From NCBI GenBank assembly GCA_963578805.1, contig CAUZDY010000002.1, forward strand, positions 11,954 through 75,953: a stretch of DNA of 64,000 bases. The letters are read 5' to 3'. Position numbers and translations under genes: made by a program. Positions 51,877-60,277 of this stretch are shown in pieces. Each line of letters begins with the position of its first letter. The stretch's first letter is position 1. The stretch is from Vicinamibacteria bacterium (GTDB lineage: Bacteria > Acidobacteriota > Vicinamibacteria > Vicinamibacterales > UBA8438). The notes below the pieces were generated by a model. That model did not search any database. It saw only the letters and a list, made by a program, of their open reading frames with translations, and was not told the DNA's origin.

Positions 51877-53439
51877 ATGCCACATCTCCAGCCACCCCTA
51901 GTGCTCATCGTTCTTGACGGATGGGGTCTGCGGCAGAATCGCGACCACAACGCGATTGCCCTGGCACGAACGCCGACATTTCACGAACTCCTACAGCGGT
52001 ATCCGCACGGGACTCTGGTCACGTCCGGCGAGGCCGTCGGGCTTCCCGCCGATCAGATGGGGAACTCTGAAGTCGGTCATATGAACCTCGGTGCCGGTAG
52101 GGTCGTATATCAGGACCTCACCCGAATCGATCAGAGCATAAAACATGGTGAGTTTTATCGGAATACCGCGACCGCGGCGGCGATGTCCCGTTGCGCTGAT
52201 GGGCGGCATGCGCTGCATATCATCGGGCTCGTCTCTGATGGCGGCGTACACAGCCATCTGCGGCACCTCAAGGCGTTGCTTCGTATGGCGCATGACCAGA
52301 AGGCATCGAGAGTCTTCGTGCACGCGCTAATGGATGGTCGAGACACAGCTCCTACCGCTGGGGCAGACTTCCTGGACCAGATAGAACGCGTCATGCGCGA
52401 GTCTGGCACCGGCCGAATAGTCACGGTCAGTGGTCGCTACCATGCCATGGACAGAGATCGGCGCTGGGACCGGACCCAGCGTGCCTACGACGCGATCGCG
52501 CTTGGTGAAGGACGCACCTCCAACTCAGCCCTCAGCCTGGTAACTGACTCCTACAATTCAGGGATCACGGACGAATTCATCGAGCCCGGTGTCGTCGTCG
52601 ACCAAGACGGCCGACCGATTGGCGCCATGGCCGAAGGCGACTCGGTAGTCTTCTTCAACTTTCGAGCGGATCGGGCTCGCCAACTGACGCAGGCGCTGGC
52701 ATTTGACGACGAATTCGACGGTTTCGAGCGCCGAGCCCACCCAAACGTAAGCGTCACAACGATGACCGAGTATGACGCCACCTACGGGCTGCCGCTTGCA
52801 TTCGCACCTCAGGAATTTTCCTCAAATCTGGCCGACGTGCTCGCCGATAGCGGTCTCAGCAACCTTCGACTGGCGGAGACGGAGAAGTACGCCCACGTAA
52901 CGTACTTCTTCAATTCCGGTGAAGAGCGTCCATACCGAGGCGAAGAGCGCCTTCTGGTTCCGTCGGCAAAAGTGCCAACCTACGATCTTAAACCTGAAAT
53001 GAGTGCGGCCGGCATCACGGAACAGCTTGTGGCAGATGTCGCCGCTCGACGCCACGACGTCATCATCTGCAACTTTGCCAACGCTGACATGGTCGGCCAT
53101 ACAGGTAATTTGGAAGCCGCCATCGCTGCTGTCTCTGTGCTCGACGGATGCCTCGAGACCATCATTAAAACGGTTGAAAAGGCTGGAGGAACCGCAATCA
53201 TTACCGCCGACCATGGGAACGCCGAAATGATGTGGGACGAGGAGCGTGACGGCCCACATACAGCCCACACAACGAATCCGGTACCGGTCCTCGTCGTGAG
53301 TCGGCATGCCCGCGGGCGTGGCTTCTCACTCCGTGACGGCTCGCTCAGAGACGTCGCGCCCACGATGCTCGGAATCCTCGGAATCGCTCCCCCAACAGAG
53401 ATGACTGGTAGGGATCTCAGAGGATGGATTGACGGATAG
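51877..53439 (+). CDS. gpmI: 2,3-bisphosphoglycerate-independent phosphoglycerate mutase
   Basis: VLIVLDGWG..., GNSEVGHMNLGAGR..., ...ITADHGNAE... Confidence 0.95.
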   Translation: MPHLQPPLVLIVLDGWGLRQNRDHNAIALARTPTFHELLQRYPHGTLVTSGEAVGLPADQMGNSEVGHMNLGAGRVVYQDLTRIDQSIKHGEFYRNTATAAAMSRCADGRHALHIIGLVSDGGVHSHLRHLKALLRMAHDQKASRVFVHALMDGRDTAPTAGADFLDQIERVMRESGTGRIVTVSGRYHAMDRDRRWDRTQRAYDAIALGEGRTSNSALSLVTDSYNSGITDEFIEPGVVVDQDGRPIGAMAEGDSVVFFNFRADRARQLTQALAFDDEFDGFERRAHPNVSVTTMTEYDATYGLPLAFAPQEFSSNLADVLADSGLSNLRLAETEKYAHVTYFFNSGEERPYRGEERLLVPSAKVPTYDLKPEMSAAGITEQLVADVAARRHDVIICNFANADMVGHTGNLEAAIAAVSVLDGCLETIIKTVEKAGGTAIITADHGNAEMMWDEERDGPHTAHTTNPVPVLVVSRHARGRGFSLRDGSLRDVAPTMLGILGIAPPTEMTGRDLRGWIDG

Positions 53440-53444
53440 TTGGG

Positions 53445-53747
53445 CTATTCGACTTCCTGATTCAGCTCGTCGGCCGCGATCCGTAGCGATCGAAGAAATC
53501 TCCGGTCGTTTGAGTTAATGTCGACCGACCGGTCTGGCTTGGCGGCTGTTGTGGCAGCCGTCACATTGGTCAGCGCATCAGACTCGTCACGGCTGCCAAA
53601 ACCGATTACGGCTTCGAGAGAAATCCGCATCTCGTAGCCAGCTGCCCTCGCCTTCTCGCGGCAGGCTGCGACCCGTGGATCTTTAGCGACACCCGCTTCA
53701 ATTGTCTCAGCTAACTCACGCGCCAGCTGATGTACGACGTCGTCCAT
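53445..53747 (-). CDS. Hypothetical protein (100 aa)
   Basis: Met 53747 is preceded by GGAGGG. No motif. Confidence 0.45.
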   Translation of the reverse strand: MDDVVHQLARELAETIEAGVAKDPRVAACREKARAAGYEMRISLEAVIGFGSRDESDALTNVTAATTAAKPDRSVDINSNDRRFLRSLRIAADELNQEVE

Positions 53748-54030
53748 TCTGTGACCCTCCTGATCGCCGCCGGACCGGGAACCGGGGCAGACCCTCATCC
53801 AAACCGATGATCTCAGGGCTGAGATGGTTTCGGTCGAAGAGGGAGAGCGGAGACATAAGGGGAAGGAATGGGTAAAAGTCGGCAAATTGTAGCACTTACC
53901 GGCCTGCTGTCAAGGTAAAGAACCCCTCATATTGTGCCCCTTTCTTTGGCACCACAATATTCTGTGCCCAGGCGCTTAGTTTGGTCTAGGTCGCTCGATG
54001 GCCTGGCCGCTGTAAAAACTGTATAGATTT

Positions 54031-55608
54031 GTGGCGCTCACCACACTAGAATCTGTGCCGATGCCGACAGCTGTACGCACACGCACGGACCTCCCCCACT
54101 GGAACCCCGAGGAAAACCTCGGCACCCCTGGTGCCTTCCCGTATACCAGGGGAATTCATGGCTCGATGTATCGAGGTCGGCTCTGGACCATGCGTCAGTA
54201 CGCAGGGTTCGGCACCGCGGAGGAATCGAATCGACGATTTCGGTATCTCCTGCACCAGGGCGTCAGCGGCTTGAGTGTCGCCTTCGATCTGCCGACGCAG
54301 ATCGGCTACGACTCTGATGACCCGTTGGCCGCGGGGGAAACGGGGCGTGTCGGCGTGGCCATCGACTCGATCGACGACATGACGGCGCTATTCGATGAGA
54401 TTCCGCTCGACCGTGTCTCGACATCGATGACGATCAACGCGACGGCGATGATTCTCCTTGCGCTCTACGTCGCTGTCGCCCGGCGCCAGGGCGTCACATC
54501 CGACGCGCTCACGGGCACGCTACAGAACGACATCCTCAAAGAGTATGTGGCGCGGGGCACCTATATCTACCCGCCTCAGCCTTCGCTTCGTATCGTGACA
54601 GATGTCTGTACGTACTGCGACGCCGAGCTTCCGAAATGGCACCCCATCTCCATCAGCGGCTACCACATTCGTGAGGCCGGCTCGACCGCAGCGCAGGAGG
54701 TCGCATTTACATTCGCCCACGCCATCACCTATATCGAGGCGGTGGTCGAGGCGGGGCTCGACGCAACTGGGTTTGGACGCCGACTGTCGTTCTTCTTCAA
54801 CGCTCATAACGACTTTCTTCAGGAAGTCGCCAAGTTCCGTGCGGCGCGACGGCTCTGGGCTCGCATCATGCGAGACCGATTCGGTGTGACAGATGCCAGG
54901 GCGCAACAGCTGCGCTTCCACACCCAAACCGCCGGGAGCACACTCACCGCACAACAACCGGACAACAACATCGTCCGGGTCGCCCTGCAGGCGTTGGCGG
55001 CCGTACTCGGAGGCACTCAGTCTCTCCACTGCAACGGTCAAGACGAGGCGTTGGGTCTACCAACCGAAGCCGCGGCCCAGATCGCGTTACGGACGCAGCA
55101 AATCATCGCGACCGAGACGGGCGTCACCAACACCGTCGATCCGGTAGGCGGCGCTTGGGCCATCGAGCGCCTCACAAACGATCTCGAGGACGAGGCAAGG
55201 GCACTACTGGAGCAGATCGACCACCGGGGGGGCGGCCTTGCGGCCCTTGAGCAGGGTTTTATCCAGGGACAGATCCAGGAATCGGCCTATCGCGCCCAAA
55301 AGGCGATAGACGACGCGAGTACTGTCGTGGTCGGCGTCAATCGCTTTACCAGCGAGGACTCCCACTCCGTCGACCCGTGGCGTATCGATCCCGTGGTCGA
55401 GACGCAGCAAATCGAGCGACTCCAAGCGCTCCGTCGTACTCGACCGGAAGCGCCCTGGCGGCAGGCCTTGGACAACGTCCGTCTGGCAGCGTCGGGAACA
55501 ACAAATCTCCTCCCGCCCATCATAGCGGCCGTCGAAGCGCGAGCAACTGTCGGTGAGATCGCAGGCACACTTCGTGAGGTCTTTGGGGAGCACCGGGAAT
55601 TAGAGTAG
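54031..55608 (+). CDS. Methylmalonyl-CoA mutase family protein, catalytic (TIM-barrel) subunit without a B12-binding domain
   Basis: [27 protein letters not shown]...[14 protein letters not shown]...[10 protein letters not shown]-like [20 protein letters not shown]. Ends before the cobalamin-binding module. Confidence 0.9.
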   Translation: MALTTLESVPMPTAVRTRTDLPHWNPEENLGTPGAFPYTRGIHGSMYRGRLWTMRQYAGFGTAEESNRRFRYLLHQGVSGLSVAFDLPTQIGYDSDDPLAAGETGRVGVAIDSIDDMTALFDEIPLDRVSTSMTINATAMILLALYVAVARRQGVTSDALTGTLQNDILKEYVARGTYIYPPQPSLRIVTDVCTYCDAELPKWHPISISGYHIREAGSTAAQEVAFTFAHAITYIEAVVEAGLDATGFGRRLSFFFNAHNDFLQEVAKFRAARRLWARIMRDRFGVTDARAQQLRFHTQTAGSTLTAQQPDNNIVRVALQALAAVLGGTQSLHCNGQDEALGLPTEAAAQIALRTQQIIATETGVTNTVDPVGGAWAIERLTNDLEDEARALLEQIDHRGGGLAALEQGFIQGQIQESAYRAQKAIDDASTVVVGVNRFTSEDSHSVDPWRIDPVVETQQIERLQALRRTRPEAPWRQALDNVRLAASGTTNLLPPIIAAVEARATVGEIAGTLREVFGEHRELE

Positions 55609-55627
55609 AACAGAGGAAACCAACCAG

Positions 55628-56332
55628 CTATCTCCTGCCACTAGACTCTTTACCCGCTAGTTCGTCGCTCTCGACCTTCCCATCTCTGAAGCTGATGACG
55701 CGCGGCGCGCTCGCCGCGACATCAGCTTCGTGAGTAATTAGCAGAATGGTGTTGCCCTCGGCGTGCAATCGATCGAACAGGGCGATGATCTCCGCGCCGG
55801 TCTTCGAATCGAGGTTGCCAGTAGGCTCGTCAGCCAGCAAAGTCGAAGGTCGGTTGACGAGGGCACGCGCGATAGCCACGCGCTGCCGCTGGCCACCGGA
55901 CAGCTCGTTCGGTCGATGGGTCATCCGATCTTCAAGCTCGACCATCCGTAAGGCATCAAGCGCTCGGGTGCGGCGCGCCTCCGGTGCAATACCAGCATAG
56001 ATCATCGGGAGCTCGACGTTGTGTAACGCTGTCGCCCTCGGAAGCAAATTAAAAGTTTGAAAGATGAATCCGATCTCCTTGTTCCGAATCCGCGCCAGCT
56101 CGTCGTCGCTCATGCCACCGACGTTCGTTTTGTTAAGTAGGTATGTGCCGCGGGTCGGCGTGTCGAGGCACCCAATTAAATTCATGAGCGTCGACTTGCC
56201 AGAGCCCGATGGCCCCATGATGGCGACATACTCTCCTCGCTCGATCTCAATCGACACCCTACTCAGCGCGTGGATTTCTTCCGATCCCATTTGGTAGCTC
56301 TTCCACAGATCGTGCGTCTCGATCAACGCCAT
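55628..56332 (-). CDS. ABC transporter ATP-binding protein (MacB/LolD-type)
   Basis: Walker [11 protein letters not shown], signature [15 protein letters not shown], Walker [12 protein letters not shown]. No FtsX-type permease is adjacent. Confidence 0.9.
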   Translation of the reverse strand: MALIETHDLWKSYQMGSEEIHALSRVSIEIERGEYVAIMGPSGSGKSTLMNLIGCLDTPTRGTYLLNKTNVGGMSDDELARIRNKEIGFIFQTFNLLPRATALHNVELPMIYAGIAPEARRTRALDALRMVELEDRMTHRPNELSGGQRQRVAIARALVNRPSTLLADEPTGNLDSKTGAEIIALFDRLHAEGNTILLITHEADVAASAPRVISFRDGKVESDELAGKESSGRR

Positions 56333-56341
56333 AGGCCGTAA

Positions 56342-56818
56342 TCAGGTAAGGGCGTCCTTTGTCGCCGGTCGACTCGGTCTGAATACGATGCTGCCGAGGA
56401 GTCCACCCAGTGTTGAAAACACCATCCCGAGCAAGAGCATGACGACAAACCCAAAGAGCACCGCGCTCACGCCTGCATCGCTCAACTGCCCAACCATCTC
56501 CGCCAGCTCGGGAGGGATGTCGGCATTGCCGCGCAACAAGTCGGCCATTTGGCGTTGAAGTGGCTGGGTCACCAGCTGGATGGGCACAGAGACAACCGCA
56601 GAAACGAACGCACCAAACACGCCGGCTAGGCAGCCGCCGACGGAAGCATCGGCGAGACTAATCGGTTCGCTTTGACCCTGCTGAAGCAGATACGCCGTGA
56701 TCGCTCCGCCCCCGATTAACCAAACGCAGCAGCAATTGGCCGCGGAAATGATCGGAAGAGCGGAGAGCACGCCGGTAAACATGCCGCCGATCAGAATCGC
56801 CTGCGCCCGGGAGGACAT
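56342..56818 (-). CDS. Hypothetical membrane protein (4 TM, NCCC motif)
   Basis: Hydrophobic profile only. Confidence 0.5.
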   Translation of the reverse strand: MSSRAQAILIGGMFTGVLSALPIISAANCCCVWLIGGGAITAYLLQQGQSEPISLADASVGGCLAGVFGAFVSAVVSVPIQLVTQPLQRQMADLLRGNADIPPELAEMVGQLSDAGVSAVLFGFVVMLLLGMVFSTLGGLLGSIVFRPSRPATKDALT

Positions 56819-56830
56819 GGCCCGGCTCGT

Positions 56831-58144
56831 TCAGTCGTAGTACTCCAAACCCAGGTGGGTGATGAGCTCCTCACCGTGCAGGAACCGCAGCGTATTCTTG
56901 AGCTTCATGAGTTGGATGAACAAATCATGTTCCGGATAAAGGTCAGGAGCATGGACCGGACTCTTGAAGTAGAACGAAAGCCACTCCTGCACACCGCCTA
57001 AGCCGGCACGCTTGGCCAGGTCCAGAAACAGTACGAGGTCAAGCACGATAGGTGCAGCCAGGATGCTGTCCCGGCAGAGGAAGTTAATCTTCAACTGCAT
57101 CGGGTAGTCGAGCCATCCGACGAGGTCAATGTTGTCCCAGCCCTCCTTGTTGTCACCGCGCGGCGGGTAGTAATTAATCCGAACCACGTGGTGGAGGGCG
57201 GCGTACAGTGAGGGGTAGAGGTTGGGCTGGAGGATATAGTCCAGCACCGACTTCTTGCTCTCCTCCTTCGTCTTGAAGGATTCGGGGTCGTCGAGGACCT
57301 CGCCGTCACGATTTCCAAGAATGTTCGTGGAATACCATCCGGCGACACCGAGCAGCCTCGCTTTGAGACCCGGTGCCACAATCGTCTTGATCAACGTCTG
57401 TCCCGTCTTTAAATCCTTCCCGGCCAGCGGTGATCCCGTCTGTGCCGCAAGCTCGACCAGAGCCGGGACATCGGCGCTGAGATTCGGGGCGGCGTTGGCA
57501 TAGGGCAGTCCTTCCTTGATTGCCGCGTACGCATAGATCATGCTCGACGGAATCGCCGGGTCTGACGCCTCGAGCCCCGCCTCAAACGCGGCCAGCGACT
57601 GGTGAACCGTCTGAGGAGTCATGAAGACTTCGGTGCTCCCACACCACACCATGACCATACGATCTAACTGGTTGTCGGCCTTGAACTTTCGGATATCAGC
57701 GATGACCTGGTCGGCGAGCTCACGCTTGTTGGTACCGGTCTTCAGGTTGGGACCCATCAACCGTTTGACATACTTCTGATCAAAAACAGCCGGCCACGGA
57801 CGGATCGCCTCTAGCTCTGGCCGTAACTTGTCGACCAGAGCGGGTTCGAGTACACCAGCGGTGCGGGACGCCTCATAACAATCTTCGTCGAAGATGTCCC
57901 ACCCGCCGAATACGAGGTCGTCAAGAGAGGCCAGTGGTACGAAGTCCTTGATCAGCGGCGACCGACCGTCGGTACGTTTGCCGAGTCGGATTCTTCCCAT
58001 TTGGGTGAGGGAGCCGGTGGCCGGGGCTAAATCCTTCCGGATCGCGTGCACACCGGCGACAAACGTGGTGCTGACGGCTCCAAGACCGACCAGTAAGACG
58101 CCCAGTCGTCCTTCGGGCGGAGCGATTTCATTAGGGCTTTTCAC
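56831..58144 (-). CDS. ino1: myo-Inositol-1-phosphate synthase
   Basis: GVLLVGLGAVSTTFVAGV (NAD-binding N-terminus), ...NILGNRDG..., ...SKKSVLD..., and length/overall pattern of bacterial/archaeal MIPS. Confidence 0.85.
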   Translation of the reverse strand: MKSPNEIAPPEGRLGVLLVGLGAVSTTFVAGVHAIRKDLAPATGSLTQMGRIRLGKRTDGRSPLIKDFVPLASLDDLVFGGWDIFDEDCYEASRTAGVLEPALVDKLRPELEAIRPWPAVFDQKYVKRLMGPNLKTGTNKRELADQVIADIRKFKADNQLDRMVMVWCGSTEVFMTPQTVHQSLAAFEAGLEASDPAIPSSMIYAYAAIKEGLPYANAAPNLSADVPALVELAAQTGSPLAGKDLKTGQTLIKTIVAPGLKARLLGVAGWYSTNILGNRDGEVLDDPESFKTKEESKKSVLDYILQPNLYPSLYAALHHVVRINYYPPRGDNKEGWDNIDLVGWLDYPMQLKINFLCRDSILAAPIVLDLVLFLDLAKRAGLGGVQEWLSFYFKSPVHAPDLYPEHDLFIQLMKLKNTLRFLHGEELITHLGLEYYD

Positions 58145-58193
58145 GAGTGGAGACTATAACAATGTGAGGTTTTAAGTTCTTTTATCCTTAACC

Positions 58194-58787
58194 ATGTCCT
58201 TGTTCAGGCTTAAAAAGAGTGCCGGCCCGCGGGACCTCGAGCTATCAATGGCCGGTCTCAAGATCGGAAAGTCCGTGCTGCAGGTCTACGGCAGCGACCA
58301 TGGATTGATCGCCGCCTTGGCCAAGGTTGTTGGTCTGAGCGGTCAGGCATACGCGGTCGCCCAGACCCAGGGTGACGGGGAAGCATTCGAGCGCCAGGCG
58401 GCCGACGCCGGGGTGCTGGTCGATGTCAAAGTGGCAGAGGTGGCAGCCCTCCCGTACGGCGACGATTCACTTGACCTCGTGGTCATCAAACAGGTCCTCG
58501 GTGGATTGACACAGAACGACCGAGTACTCTGCCTCCAACAGGCTCTGCGGGTGCTCAGACCCGGCGGCCGGTGCCTCGTGGTCGACACCGCGATGCGTGG
58601 TGGTCTTGGTGCAATCCTTTCCCGCCAGTCGCTCGACGTTCGATATGTCGAAGGCGGTGGCGCGCAGCACGCGCTCGAGCACGAAGGGTTTCGTGGTATT
58701 CGTCTGCTCGCTGAGCGCGATGGCCTCAGGTTCGTCGAAGGCGTGAAGTCAGCAGGTTCGACAGAGGTGGCACCCACTCAACGGTAG
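58194..58787 (+). CDS. Class I SAM-dependent methyltransferase-like protein
   Basis: LDLVVIKQVLGGL...LRVLRPGGRCLVVD resembles Methyltransf_11/25 post-I/II motifs. Motif I (VLQVYGSDHG) is degenerate. Confidence 0.5.
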   Translation: MSLFRLKKSAGPRDLELSMAGLKIGKSVLQVYGSDHGLIAALAKVVGLSGQAYAVAQTQGDGEAFERQAADAGVLVDVKVAEVAALPYGDDSLDLVVIKQVLGGLTQNDRVLCLQQALRVLRPGGRCLVVDTAMRGGLGAILSRQSLDVRYVEGGGAQHALEHEGFRGIRLLAERDGLRFVEGVKSAGSTEVAPTQR

Positions 58788-59099
58788 CTTTTACCCTTTT
58801 GCGGTTGGCCTCTGCGAAGCACACGGTGCTCAGCCCAGAGCACAGCTCCTCGCAGTGTCCTGTAGGCTCGAGGGTCTGTTCGTCCTAGTTCCGGCAACCA
58901 GGGCGTGACTCCTTCCGATCCGACTCGCGTATCCGGTGCTAGGTCACCGTTATGGACAGTGGCATGCGATCGATGTCGAGGTTCTTCACACCCGCCACCG
59001 AGTACGTGCACGCCGCGGCTATGTCGCGACGCCCTGAGCACGTCAGCGCTATCGGCCGGCTGAATTATTCGTCCGCACGCCTTCTGCTACCATCCCCTG

Positions 59100-59831
59100 G
59101 TGTCAGGGCTCGTCGTTGCTATAGTTCTTAGTGTCGTCGGGAGCGTTGGCGGACTGCTTCTAGCCTCTCTCCTTCTTCTGTTGCAGAGCCCCGTCAGGAA
59201 CACATTCGTCCCGTCACTGATCAGCTACGCTGTCGGCACCCTACTCGGCGTGGCCTTGCTGGCTCTCTTGCCCGAGGCGCTAGCTACGCTGGAACCGCGG
59301 CTCGCCTTCGGGACACTGCTCGCCGGTATCTTTGGCTTCTTCATGCTCGAGAAGCTGGTGATTTGGCGCCATTGCCATGATGACGACTGCAGCGTTCACG
59401 ACAGTAGCGCGACTCTAATTCTCGTCGGTGGAGCAGTTCACAACTTCGCTGATGGCTGCATAATCGGTGCGGCCGTGCTGTCCTCGGTTCCACTCGGTAT
59501 CAGCACGGCAATCGCCGTGGCTGCGCATCAGGTACCACAAGAAGTCGGAGACTTCGCCGTCCTGTTGGGCGCCGGGCACACTCGACGGCGAGCTCTGACT
59601 CTCAACGCCCTGACCGCGAGCGCCGGAATACTCGGGGCCGTCGTAATGTACACGGCGGCGGGCTGGATACCACGCGCGTTGCCCTTCATCCTCTCGTTCG
59701 CGGCCGGGAACTTCCTATATGTCGCCATGGCCGATCTGATCCCGGGTCTTCATCGCGGCACGATCGACGTCGGCGCGGCGCGACAGGTCGCGCTGATTGC
59801 GGCAGGGATCGCCAGTGTCATGGCGCTGTGA
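59100..59831 (+). CDS. ZIP-family divalent metal transporter (ZupT-like)
   Basis: HNFADGCIIGAA... and AHQVPQEVGDFAVLL are the ZIP TM4/TM5 metal-site motifs. 7-8 TM. Confidence 0.9.
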   Translation: MSGLVVAIVLSVVGSVGGLLLASLLLLLQSPVRNTFVPSLISYAVGTLLGVALLALLPEALATLEPRLAFGTLLAGIFGFFMLEKLVIWRHCHDDDCSVHDSSATLILVGGAVHNFADGCIIGAAVLSSVPLGISTAIAVAAHQVPQEVGDFAVLLGAGHTRRRALTLNALTASAGILGAVVMYTAAGWIPRALPFILSFAAGNFLYVAMADLIPGLHRGTIDVGAARQVALIAAGIASVMAL

Positions 59832-59964
59832 CCTTCCTCGGGGATACTTTCGTCCAACACTGCCCGGCACGTTCAGTGTTTTCGAGCAGGATTTACGAGT
59901 GACCCTGGCGCATGCCTTGCCCATCCAGTTCACGTCCGAACTAACGCTGCCGCCTGCCACCACG

Positions 59965-60207
59965 ATGCGGACCATTCACCGTGCGGTCCAAAGCAGTGCA
60001 GATTCCACAGTGTTTAATGACGTGGAGATCGATATCAAGGGACTTCCTTCCGGCAATTATCTGGTCGCCGCGGTCGATTCAGTTCAGGAGGATGAGTGGT
60101 TCGATCCTCAATTCCTTCAGCGATTACGTTTCGAGGGCATCCGCATGTCACTGACCAACGGCGAATCGAAGGATTTAAATCTCGCCTTGGACGTACCCGA
60201 TCCCTGA
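59965..60207 (+). pseudogene. Orphan C-terminal fragment of a larger envelope protein
   Basis: ...IKGLPSGNYLVAAVDSVQEDEWFDPQFLQRLRFEGIRMSLTNGESKDLNLAL resembles the extreme C-terminus of large acidobacterial secreted proteins. Only ~80 aa, directly after the ZIP gene. Confidence 0.3.
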
Positions 60208-60277
60208 ACGCCTACCCGTAGAACCTTGGCAACGACAGCCCCTGCCGCTCGGGGCCGGTGATACAATCCAGCCCCTC

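Noticed and set aside
59061-59070. GAATTATTC mini-palindrome upstream of the ZIP transporter as a Zur/Fur or ARG-type site; also a possible Mn/NiCo riboswitch in 58788-59099
   Set aside because: A 4-1-4 palindrome is too short to be meaningful. No conserved riboswitch core sequences were recognised.
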